Assembly (NCBI RefSeq): GCF_009914755.1
Contig: NC_060931.1
DNA from: the human T2T-CHM13v2.0 reference genome, Homo sapiens
Reading direction: 5' to 3' (one strand)
Length of the DNA stretch: 64,000 nucleotides
Numbering within the stretch: the stretch's first letter is position 1; each line of letters starts with the position of its first letter. The notes beneath the pieces were generated by a model. That model was given only the letters and a program-made list of their open reading frames with translations. It searched no databases and had not been told where the DNA came from. A program made the translations under genes and the position numbers. Of the stretch, positions 34,420 to 53,752 are shown one piece after another.

Positions 34420-34528
34420 CTATACTGCTAAGCTTATTCAGTTTCAAAAGTTGTTTATTCCACTTTTGAAATTGAATAAATAAAGTTGTGTATTCAACTT
34501 TTGAAATTGAATAAGCTTAGCAGTATAG
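34420..34528. repeat. 34-bp near-perfect inverted repeat (hairpin)
   Basis: Arm 34420-34453 equals the reverse complement of 34495-34528 at 33/34 positions. Confidence 0.95.
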
Positions 34529-34582
34529 CGTTATTTCAAAAGTTTATTCTAGGATTATGTTCTTTCTCCTTTCTTAGTGTTA

Positions 34583-34984
<402 letters not shown>

Positions 34985-35189
34985 CTAGTCTTCCAAACGA
35001 AAAATCGAGAGCCTGTGGTTTGTGAAGTTCCCAAGTGGAGGAGCCAGGGCCATGGGGGACACAGAAGACGTAGGAGACAAGGTTGTTGCCCTCGAGCTTG
35101 TGACATGGTTGGTGGGACGCAAAGCCTGTAATGTGGCACATTATAAGACCTCCCGGGTCTGTGCCCAAGTGTGTGGAAGGAGTGACTCA

Positions 35190-35660
<471 letters not shown>

Positions 35661-36043
35661 TTAACAAGGTAGAGGAAATATTGCCGGCTCAGGCAGAGGC
35701 ATAGAGGCCCCAAGAGCACGTTTGTGTGGGGGTTACTGACTTAAGAGTCATGGGATTTGATGTTAGACAAGTGGAAGTGAGCCTTGAGAGCCAGACACAG
35801 GTGTTCAGACTTGATGCAGCCAGAAACAGGGAGCCATAGAAAGTTCTCAAGCAGGGAAGTGCCGAGAGCAAATGATAGCATAAGTCTATTTCTGTGACGC
35901 CTCAGTGTAGGAGACTTGGAATCCCAGTGCCCATGGGGAGGCTGTCTGAGGACTGTGGCCTGGAAGGACCGAGGGCCTGGGCTTGGGCAGTGGTGCTGTT
36001 GAGGGGCACTGCTGTGGTGGCAAGGGCTCAGGAAGGTGACTGA

Positions 36044-37198
<1,155 letters not shown>

Positions 37199-37199
37199 A

Positions 37200-37570
37200 A
37201 TGAGTATATGTGTTTTCAGGGTATATGTGATAGTTTGATCATTCAGATGATCAAATCAGAGTAATTGGAATATCTATCACATTAAATATTTATTTTTCCT
37301 TCATGTTAGGAACACTTGAATGATCAAATTCTAGCTATTTTAGTTTTTTGGAGAAAGGGTCTTTCTCTGTTGTCCAGGCTGAAGTGCAGTGGCGCAATTA
37401 TGGCCCACTGCAGCCTCAACCTCCTAGGCTCAAGCAATACTCTTACCTCAGTTTCCTGAGTAGCTGGGACTGCAGGTGCCTGTCACCTGCCTGGCTAACT
37501 TGCTAAGTTAAAGTGGACAATCAATTGACGTTAGCTGTAGTCACCCTAGTGAGCTACTGGACACCAGGTC
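37200..37570 (-). mobile_element. Old L1M 3' fragment with an inserted Alu right monomer (about 37345-37500)
   Basis: gatcaaatcagagtaattggaatatctatcac...ctagctatttt...gtagtcaccctagtgagcta. Confidence 0.65.
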
Positions 37571-38363
37571 TTTGACGTGACTGCTCGAATGGCAATGTAG
37601 GAGAGGTAGAGGATTTCGGATGAGCTTGGCTTTGAGTTTGGCAACTTTAAGGGGTAACTGGACAGCTCACGAGCCCTGACCACCTCCCCCAGGGAGGACA
37701 GAAGCCATCAGGTACTGTCCTGGACATGCATGGCAGTTGCGGAACCTGATGGAGGTGGAGGTGCGGGGCCTCCCCAGGAAGGGCTCCAGCTTGGTCTAGT
37801 AACTGTGGAATTCAGGTCTGGATTAAAGGAGAAGGACTGCCCAGGTTGAGTGACCAATCTCCCTGGAGGGGTGGAGGTGGCTGTCAGGCAGGCGGGGCCA
37901 CACCGGCAGCTTAGATAACCCCGAGCTATTTCAGGAAGAAAGCACTAAGAAGATAAACAGGCCAGTGGCCAGCAGATGGACAGATAACCTGAGCTTATCC
38001 AAGGAGAGGCAGGAGGGGGCCCTTTGGGGGCAGGGTCCTTCAAGACAGGAAGGTGCCAAAGTGCGTCAGAGGGAGATAGGAGGGGCTGGAGCAGGCACGT
38101 GAGGCTGGAACTCCAGCTGGGAGGGGCAGCTTCTGCCCTGGCCTGGTCACAAGTGGCAGAGAGAAGTCCTGGTCCTGTGATGCTGATTGAAGTGAGGACG
38201 GAGTTCCCTGAGGTCTCCCCAAATCCAGGAGATGCAAACCTTATTTGGGGTCTGAATGCCCACAAGTGGCACCAGCGGCTGAAAGCCTTTTACCATTTAT
38301 TCATTCAGGTTGTTCACAAGTCAGTGCTCACATTTATTGGAGGCATAACTCCAGCGTGGTGCA

Positions 38364-38366
<3 letters not shown>

Positions 38367-38403
<37 letters not shown>

Positions 38404-39410
38404 TCGTATGTGCATGAGAGGGTGGTCTTGTGGGCATGGGTAGTGTATAGGTGGAGTTTGTCACGTGTGCAGGTGGTTAAGGATGTAATGTGCATGTGTA
38501 GTGTGTAGGTGGTGTATGTGTATGTGCAAATGCTATGTGTGTGAAATGTGTGGGTGTTGTGTGTGTGAAATGTGTGTGGTGCATTATGTGTGTGTCTGTG
38601 GTCCAGTGTATGGTGTGTGTGGTCCAGTGTGTGTGTGTGGTCTGAGTGTGGCATAGTGTGTGTGGTATAGTGTGTATGGTGTGAGTGTGTGGTGCAGTGT
38701 GTGTGATGAGTGTGGTGTGTGTAGTGTAAGTATGTGGTGCAGCATATATATGTGTGGTGTGAGTGTGTGGTGCAGAGTGTGGTGTGTGTAGTGTTTGTGA
38801 GGTGCAGCATGTGTGTGGTGTGTGTGGTGTGTATGTGTAGTGTAAGTGTGTGGTGTGGCATATATGTGTGTGGTGTGTGTGGTGCTGCAATGTGTGTGTG
38901 GTCTGAGTGTGTGGTGTGAGGGTGTGGTGCAGCGTGTGTGTGGTGTGTGTGTGTAGTGTGAGTGTGTGGCGCAGTGTGTGTGTGGCATGTGGTCTGTATG
39001 TAGTGTGTGTAGTGCAGTGTGTTCGGTCTGTGGTATGTTTAGTGTGTGGTGCAGCGTGTATATGTGTGGTGTGAGTGTGTGATGCAGAGTGTGGTGTATG
39101 TGGTGTGGTGTGCTGTGGTGTGGTGTGTGTGGTGCTGCAATGTGTGTGTGGTCTGAGTATATGGTGTGAGTGGGTGGCATGAATGTGTTGTGCAGAGTGT
39201 GGTGTGTGTGCTGTGTGTGTTGTGCTGCAGTGTGTGCATGACGTGTGTGTGTAGTGTGAGTGTGTGGTGCAGTGGTGCAGTGTGTGTATGTGTGGCGTGT
39301 GGTATGTGTGTGTAGTGTGGGTGTGTGGTGTGGTGTGTGTGGTATGTGTGGTGTCTGTGGAGTGTGTGTGGTGTGTGTGGAGTGTGTGTGTGGTGTGAGC
39401 GTGTGGTGTC
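38367..39410. repeat. (TG)18 microsatellite followed by a ~1-kb degenerate TG-rich tandem array
   Basis: Seen directly; higher-order duplicated blocks such as 38872-38924 and 39122-39174. Confidence 0.95.
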
Positions 39411-39844
39411 TGTCATGCGTGTCTGTGTAAAGAGACCACCAAACAGGCTTTGTGTGAGCAATAAAGCTTTTTAATCACCTGGGTGCAGGTGGGCTGAGTC
39501 TGAAAAGAGAGTCAGCGAAGGGAGACAGGGGTGGGGCCGTTTTATAGGATTTGGGTGGGTAGAGGAAAATTACAGTCAAAGGGGATTTTTCTCTTGCGGG
39601 CAGGGGCAGGGATCACAAGGTGCTCAGTGGGCGAGCTTCTGAGCCAGGAGAAGGGATTTCACAAGGTTAATCGCTCAGTTAAGGTGCGGCAGGAACAAAT
39701 CACAATGGTGGAATGCCATCAGTGAAGACAGGAACTGGTCATTTTCACTTCTTTTGTGATTCTTCACTTGCTTCAGGCCAACTGGATGTATATGTGCAGG
39801 TCGCAGGAGATATGATGGCTTAGCTTGGGCTCAGAGGCCTGACA
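39411..39844 (-). mobile_element. HERV-H solo LTR (LTR7 family), full length
   Basis: Minus strand reads TGTCAGGCCTCTGAGCCCAAGCTAAGCCATCAT...CCTATAAAACGGCCCCACCCC...GGTCTCTTTACACAGACACGCATGACA. 5-bp TSD GTGTC at 39406-39410 and 39845-39849. Confidence 0.95.
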
Positions 39845-40629
39845 GTGTCTGTCATGGGAGCCTTCACAATTCAGTCCCAGCCTTTCTTGCCCCCTCGCCC
39901 TCTCAGGGGACTCCTGGTCTCCTCTGCACAGGCTGGGTGTTTTCCTGGGTCTGGGCCTGCGTTTACACAGCTTCCTCTCTGGGGATGGCTCTGCCCATCC
40001 TCTCCACCCTAGAAAGCATCTCTGTCCTTGAGGGATGGGTCCCAGACACCTTTACTGGCAGTGTCCCTGCCCACACCCTCTGCCCTGCCACCTTCCCCAG
40101 CCCCTCCTAGGAGCTCCCTGGACATCTGCATGCACATGCATCCATCCTAGGCTTAGCATGGTGGATGGGTGCTGCCCCCCGCACGGGGCTGGAACTCTCC
40201 AAGGACCCAGACCAGTTGTGCTGGGCCAGACTAAGCACCTCTCACTCTGGAAGCCCTCTCTGGGCCAGCTGGGGAGGCTCTGCCCCTCCCTGCACCTGCT
40301 TCACTTCTGTTCTGCGCTGCTACAGGTATTTTTCCATTGCTCCACGTTCATCAGCCACTTAGGCTGAAGAGTTTAAAAGAGTATTTCACAGGTTCATGGC
40401 CACAATGGTTCTATGCCTCTGATCCCAGCCTTCCTGCCACCCTGCCTGCACCCAGGCTAAGAAACCAGGCCTTCCCCAGGCTCCCCTGTTCTCCACTCCC
40501 TAAGTCCAATCACTGACTGCATTTGTTCTGTTCCGTCTTCCTTGTCACTGTCTCTTCTTACTGTCCCACCTCAGTTTGGGTTTTTATTCCTCCTGACTAG
40601 ACTACAATAATAACAACAAATATTTATGA

Positions 40630-41975
<1,346 letters not shown>

Positions 41976-41995
41976 TTTGTAAAAGATAGCCTTTC

Positions 41996-42445
<450 letters not shown>

Positions 42446-42817
42446 TCAGGGTCTTGCTCTGTCACCCAGGCTGGAGTTCAGTGGTGTGATCTCGGCTCAC
42501 TGCAGCCTCTGCCTCCGGGTTTAAGCAATTCTCCTGCCTCAGCCTCCCGAGTAGCTGGGATTACAGGCACATGCCACCACACCTGGCTAATTTTTGAATT
42601 TTTAGTAGAGACGGGGTTTCACCATGTTGGCCATGCTGGTCTTGAACTCCTGACCTCAAATGATCCACCCGCCTGGACTTCCCAAAGTGCTGGGATTACA
42701 GGCGTGAGCCACCGTGCCTGGCCTCTCCTACATTTTCTCAAACTCCTGGGCTCATGTGATCCTCTCACCTCAGCCTCCCAAGTATCTGGGACTCCAGGCA
42801 TGTGCACCACCTGGCCC
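42446..42817 (-). mobile_element. AluS-like plus Alu fragment
   Basis: Reverse Alu consensus. Confidence 0.87.
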
Positions 42818-42914
42818 ATAATCTCTCTCTATTTTTTCAGTATTGAGTGTTATCCAGAGTCAGGTATTCTGCAAAGAGCTTTGCAGACATGATCTTAATA
42901 GGCAGAGACTGTTT

Positions 42915-43120
42915 TAGATACTTTACGTGTATTAATACACTTAATCCTCATAACAACCCTATGAAGTAGGTACTATTATTATTGTCCCCGTGTTACATAT
43001 GAGGAAACTGAGGCACTGGACGATCAAGTAACTTCTCCAGGGTCACACAGGTAATAGGTTGAAAAGTCAAGGAATCTGGCTTCAGGGACTGTGTTCTCAA
43101 CCTCTTTGCTAGACCACTGC
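42915..43120 (-). mobile_element. MIR
   Basis: ttaatcctcataacaaccctatgaagtaggtactattatt...gaggaaactgaggcac. Confidence 0.85.
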
Positions 43121-43269
43121 TCCAACTGACTTCCACAGCAACTCTTAGACCAGGCAAACAGGTGCTACTCCTGCTGGGGAGAAGGGAAGCCCCTTGCTTG
43201 GGCTCACAGCCCTAGCCAGTGGCCAAGGCAGTCCAAGACCAGAGCCTGTGCCCTGAGCCACTTAGCCTC

Positions 43270-43700
43270 TTCTCCCACTGGGAAAGACTGCTGGAGACGG
43301 GGACCTGGATCCAGGTGGTTCATTTTAGGAAGTGGATCCCAAAGAATGGGAGTAGGAGACTGAGAGTGAATGGGAAAGGAGGGCACACCAATCTAAGGAT
43401 GCATTTCCAAGCTGTCACTGCTGTGTGCAGCTGGGCTCCAACCTGCTGTGAGCCTCTGAGGAGTACACAGAATGGGGCTCAGAACTATCCCTGGGAAGAA
43501 TGGAAGAGACGGCATTTATCCGCTGGCTTGTGTTCCCTATGGGCCAAGCGTTATCCTGTCACATGTGTGAGTGTCCAGAGTGCCTGTCCTGGGCACAGAG
43601 GGGCCCTGGGGCAGAAATGAAATGGTCACAGGTGCAGCTGAGCCCAGGGGCTGTGGCCAGGGCTGAGGGAAGGGTGGGTGAGAGTGCGTGAGGCCAAGGC
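43270..43700 (-). mobile_element. ERVL LTR16-like fragment
   Basis: gctgtcactgctgtgtgcagctgggctcc...ctctgaggag...ggcatttatccgctggc pattern. Confidence 0.55.
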
Positions 43701-43821
43701 GCTGTCCAGCGTTACTATTACTGACACTTCCCATGTACTCTTCTGCACTTTCTCTTCCTGTGTGTCTTTCTAATTTCACGCAGACAGCTGGCTTCTGGTA
43801 GGAAGCACTTTAGCACCTTGA

Positions 43822-44220
<399 letters not shown>

Positions 44221-44699
44221 TGACAACAATCTATTCTGCCTGCCTCATGTATAGGGACGTTGAGGCTGAGAGGCTAGGGGATCAGGGTGGCAGAGCTGAA
44301 AGCAGAATCTGGGTGGGAGGCTAACAGGGCCCTGCGCTCCCTCTGTGCTGGCTGAAGTGAGGAGATCCCAGCTTCTCCTGCTGGACCTGAGAGACCCATG
44401 GCATGGGGAGCAAGGAGGTTTTCAGAAGAGGAAAGAGCTAGAGGCTTAACAACAGTGCAGAGCAGGAAAGCCAGGGCTTGTCTAAGGAATAGCAGTTTGG
44501 CCAAGGGTAGGAAACCTGTGGGAGCTGCTCTCACAGCCAGTTGCCCCTGGGGGTAGGAGGAGGGGAGGAGGGCGCCGGAGGGGAGGGCACGTCCTGCAGT
44601 TCAGCTGGTGATGGAGCTGGGGGCTTCTGCTGGCCTTTTTAGTTTATTTGTTGCAATTTAAAAATTCAGCTGGGGAGAGGGCCTGTCTTGGACATTATT

Positions 44700-45038
44700 G
44701 CTTCTTTTTGTTTTTCTTTTTCTTTCTTGTTTTTATTTTTATTTTATTTATTTTTTTGAGACGGAGTCTCGCTCTGTCACCCGGGCTGGAGTGCAGTGGC
44801 GTGATCTTGGCTCACCGCAAGCTCCGCCTCCTGGGTTCTCGCTATTCTCCTGCCTCAGCCTCCCAAATAGCTAGGACTACAGGCGCCCGCCACCACACCT
44901 GGCTAATTTTTTCTATTTTTAGTTGAGATGAAGTGTCACCGTGTTAGCCAGGATGGTCTCGATCTCCTGACCTCGTGATCCGCCCGCCTCAGCCTCCCAA
45001 AGTGCTGGGATTACAGGCGTGAGCCACCGCGCCCAGCT
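44700..45038 (-). mobile_element. AluY-like next to or within the L1 tail
   Basis: gcaagctccgcc and ccaggatggtctcgatc diagnostics. Confidence 0.9.
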
Positions 45039-45049
45039 CCTTTCTTTCT

Positions 45050-46215
<1,166 letters not shown>

Positions 46216-46239
46216 CTGGACTTTCAAAAACCCGTGTCA

Positions 46240-46696
<457 letters not shown>

Positions 46697-46786
46697 TTAT
46701 GCTTTGCCTCCTTTAGCCTGGCCCTGGTCCCCGGCTTCTGGCTCCCACCATTCTCCCTTCCTCTCTACCTCCAGGAGGTACCCACT

Positions 46787-47576
<790 letters not shown>

Positions 47577-47614
47577 CACTGTAATAGTTAGTGTACATCT
47601 GTCCCGTCTCTCTT

Positions 47615-47875
47615 TAGATATGTATGTATATATGCACATGAATACATATATAGACACATATATATACATATATATAATATATACCTAAACATGTGTATTT
47701 GTGTGTACATACATATACACAAAAGTACTGTCCAGGCATGGCAGCTCATGCCTGTAATCCCAGCACTTTGGGAGGCCAAGGCTGCAGGATTGCTTGAGGC
47801 CAGGAGTTTGAGACCAGCCTGGGCAACGTAGAGAGACTGTCTCCACATAAAAAATAATAAAAACCCATGAATATT

Positions 47876-47912
<37 letters not shown>
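47615..47912. repeat. AT/CA low-complexity tract, FLAM (47729-47862) and (AT)n
   Basis: Seen directly. Confidence 0.8.
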
Positions 47913-47917
<5 letters not shown>

Positions 47918-48357
47918 TATTTCAAAACCAGGATAATACAATGTGTATGACTCTTCAACTTGCTCCCCCGCCCCAGTGATATCATCATGGCCATCTTCCT
48001 GTGGACTGACTACGTGGACCCAACTCCTTCTTCTCAGTGGCTGCTTAACATTTCAGTACATGCAAATGCCATTATATTTTATTCTTAGTGGGTTCTCTTC
48101 CCATTGTTTGTGGAGGGCCTGTCATGGACAAGGCTATGTTCTGGGGACCAGAATTTACATTCTATTAAGGGAGACAGGAAATATACACTAATTAAGTTGA
48201 TAGGCAGGAGCATTGTGGGTGAGGTTAAGTGTTAGGAGGAAAATAAAACAGAATCTGGGGGCTTCGGGGGCAATGTCACTGTGAAGGTGAAGTGATGTTT
48301 GATAACTCCAATTAGAATTTCTGGACCACACGTAGGATGCATACTTGGGTTATGTCC

Positions 48358-48572
48358 ATTTTTTTGTTTGTTTGTTTTTTGAGACAGAGTCTTGCTCTGT
48401 CACCCAGGCTGAGTGCAGTGCAATCATGGCTCACTGCAGCCTTGACCTCCTGGGCTCAAGCAATCCTCTCACTTCAGCCTGTCGAGTAGCTGGACGACAG
48501 GTGAGTGCCACCACGCCCGGCTAATTTTGTATCTTCTGTAGAGATGGAGTCTCACTATGTTGCCCAGGCTGG
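48358..48572 (-). mobile_element. AluJ-like partial
   Basis: Reverse Alu consensus. Confidence 0.85.
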
Positions 48573-48856
48573 GCACTGGCAACATGTTACATCCAGTTTT
48601 GAGCTGGGACACACACTGTGTATGGTGCCTGTGAGCCCATGTGATACAGATGGAAAAGGAGCTGTGGGATCTTCACTTTGGAAAGAATGAGCCCCGTGAC
48701 ACCATTCTCCCCTCTTACTCAGTGTCCTTGGTGGTCTCAGGTCTGGGGCAGCTGCCGAGGGTCAGATGCATAGGCCAGCCAGCAGGCCCACATCCCCAGA
48801 GTGTGAGCTTCTCTGCACAGGCCCATCTTCATGATTTCCCCACTCTGTGGCCTTAG

Positions 48857-49203
<347 letters not shown>

Positions 49204-49240
49204 TAAAGCAGCTTTCTTTAAGAATTTATTTATTTTTTTG

Positions 49241-49542
49241 GGCCGGGCGCAGTGACTCATGCCTGTAATCCCAGCACTTTGGGAGGCCGAGGCGGGCGGA
49301 CCACGAGGTCAGGAGATCGAGAGCATCCTGGGTAACACTGTGAAACCCCGTCTCTACTAAAAATAAAAAAAAAAAATTAGCCGGGCGAGGTGGCGGGCGC
49401 CTGTAGTCCCAGTTACTCCGAAGGCTGAGGCAGGAGAATGGCGTGAACCCAGGAGGCGGAGCTCGCAGTGAGCCGAGATCATGCTGATGCACTCCAGCCT
49501 GGGTGACAGAGCGAGACTCCATCTCAAAAAAAAAAAAAAAAA
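49241..49542 (+). mobile_element. AluY-like, inserted in the T-tail of a minus-strand Alu monomer (49560-49708)
   Basis: TSD AAGAATTTATTTATTTTTTT. Confidence 0.92.
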
Positions 49543-49588
49543 AGAATTTATTTATTTTTTTGAGACAGGGTCTCACTCTGTCACCTAG

Positions 49589-49726
<138 letters not shown>

Positions 49727-49799
49727 TAAAATATTAAAATGCTTCTCTGCCTCTGCTTTCACAAGAAAATGCATGTAAAATTGCTTTAAGAGAGGAAAG

Positions 49800-50560
<761 letters not shown>

Positions 50561-50626
50561 TCTTCATCATCAGCACCATCTTTCTCATCATCATCGCAGA
50601 AAATCAATGTTAAAAAACACACCAAG

Positions 50627-51675
<1,049 letters not shown>

Positions 51676-51714
51676 TGATTTGCAGAATCCTGGGAGAGAC
51701 AGAGAAAGGGTTCT

Positions 51715-51875
51715 GATCAGTGCTTCTCCAACTATAGGCATACATTCATCACCTGGGTGTCTTGTCAAAATACAGACCCTGCTTCAGCGTGCTTGGGGTG
51801 GCCTGACATTCTGCATTGCTGTCAAGCTCCCAGGGGATGCCTTTGCTGCTGGCCACAGAACACACTCTGAGTAGG
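51715..51875. mobile_element. MER5A-like hAT DNA transposon relic
   Basis: cagtgcttctc...atcacctggg...ttctgcatt...aagctcccaggggatgc...cacactctgagtag. Confidence 0.7.
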
Positions 51876-52801
51876 GTCTGATGGATTTCTACCATACAGG
51901 CCTCTGCCCTGCCTAAGGCCCAAGCACCTTTGAGGAGCCTGGCCACTCACCCTCTTCCTCCCATGACCTTTATGGTAGCAAGAGCCAGCCTAGCAGGTTT
52001 CACATGTGTCACTTCTCCCTTAGGTAGTCCCAGCTGTGACATCTTTCCCTACCTAACCCGTCCCCCTGCATAGCGTATGTTCTTCTTAGCCGCCATTAGT
52101 ATTCCAGTGAGCCCACCTCGTCAACAGTGGGACGTACCAGGGAAGGCGAGAGGAAATTTAGCATAAAGGAGGACTGCAAACACATCAGAACACAAAACAC
52201 ACACATTCAGCCAAAAGACCCCCATTCCTGGACTCCATCCAGACCCGTCCCTTTATTATTTTTGTTCTCTTTCCTCTTTAACTAGATCTTGCCTGAAAAC
52301 AGCCTGGGCGTTGCTAAGGGAACGCCTTAGAGCCTCCCTGAACACATCATTGTTTAATTCCAGCACAGGCAGCCCAGAGGAATTTGCTATTTGTTTAAGA
52401 GATGAAAGCCTCAACATCCACACATTCTTCTCCAGCTTCACTCCCCTTTAACCGTATGGCCCAGCCAGAGTGGAGCACATTGGGTGGAGGGAACTCATGG
52501 GACCCAACAAGGTAGCAGGTGCTCTGTGGATGGTCCATGCTATTCAAAGACAAAGAGATCCAGGATTTCTCGACTGGGTACTAGGGGAAGAACTGTCCTC
52601 ATGCCATGGTATGAGAAGGACATGATGGGAGAGGAAAGCCTCTCAGCCATGTTTACCCCAACCTCAAATCTGTACATGGGGAATTGACCCAAACTTCCCT
52701 CAGGGCCTCAGTTACACAGACTGTAATTCAAGGAAGGGTACCAGACACCCCACCGAGCAGCACACCTAACCTGTACGTATAACACATGAAAATAGGCAAC
52801 A

Positions 52802-53135
<334 letters not shown>

Positions 53136-53257
53136 AGCCAACAGGGCTATTGGCTATTGAGGGCTGGCTTCCCAGCGATCCAGGGAAATTCACCCAAGCA
53201 GGAAGAGCAGAAATGAGCCAAGTGCTGGCCTTTTGGAGGATGGATGTGATTTGAGGG

Positions 53258-53752
53258 TTTAGGGGTCAAGGAAGAGCTTTCCCCTTGGCCCTATGAAGGT
53301 TTCCTGAAAATCACTGACATGAGGCAGATTAACAGGAGAAAAGACATACACATTTATTTAACATATAGACACACGAGCCCGCAGCATGAAGACCCCCCTC
53401 GCCCAGTGAGGTTCAAAAGCTTGTATTCCAACCTGGCAAAACAGGTTATGGACGGGGGAGAACAGGAATTTTGTTGGGGGGATTACTGGGGAGAATGAAT
53501 GGATCAGGGAACAGAGATTAACCAGAAATAGTTCTCTTTGACAGCGAAAACGTCTGTTCAGGTGTGGTTACATTCTTGGTCTTACAGAGAGGGAAAGAAG
53601 AAACAATTGTCTGGATCTCAGGCACATAAAGGAACTTCAGCTTCTTTGGGAGAGACAGTGGGGGTGGAGGAAAGGTCAGAGAGACCTTGAGGCTTCTACA
53701 GTTCGGCATGTCGCCTCGCCATAATTTGGGGTATCAGTTTCTGAGCCCCCAA
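53258..53752 (-). mobile_element. MER39/MER34-like ERV1 LTR
   Basis: Minus strand starts GGGGCTCAGAAACTGATACCCCAAATTATGGCG...GAAGCCTCAAGGTCTCTCTGACC. Confidence 0.72.

Noticed and set aside
34420-34528. Calling the hairpin miR-21 or miR-590 itself
   Set aside because: Only a short stretch around the seed is shared; the rest and the genomic context do not match, so it is kept only as a candidate hairpin.
38334-39461. His/Thr-rich ORFs of 137-198 aa
   Set aside because: Translations of the CA-rich repeat, open in several frames at once.
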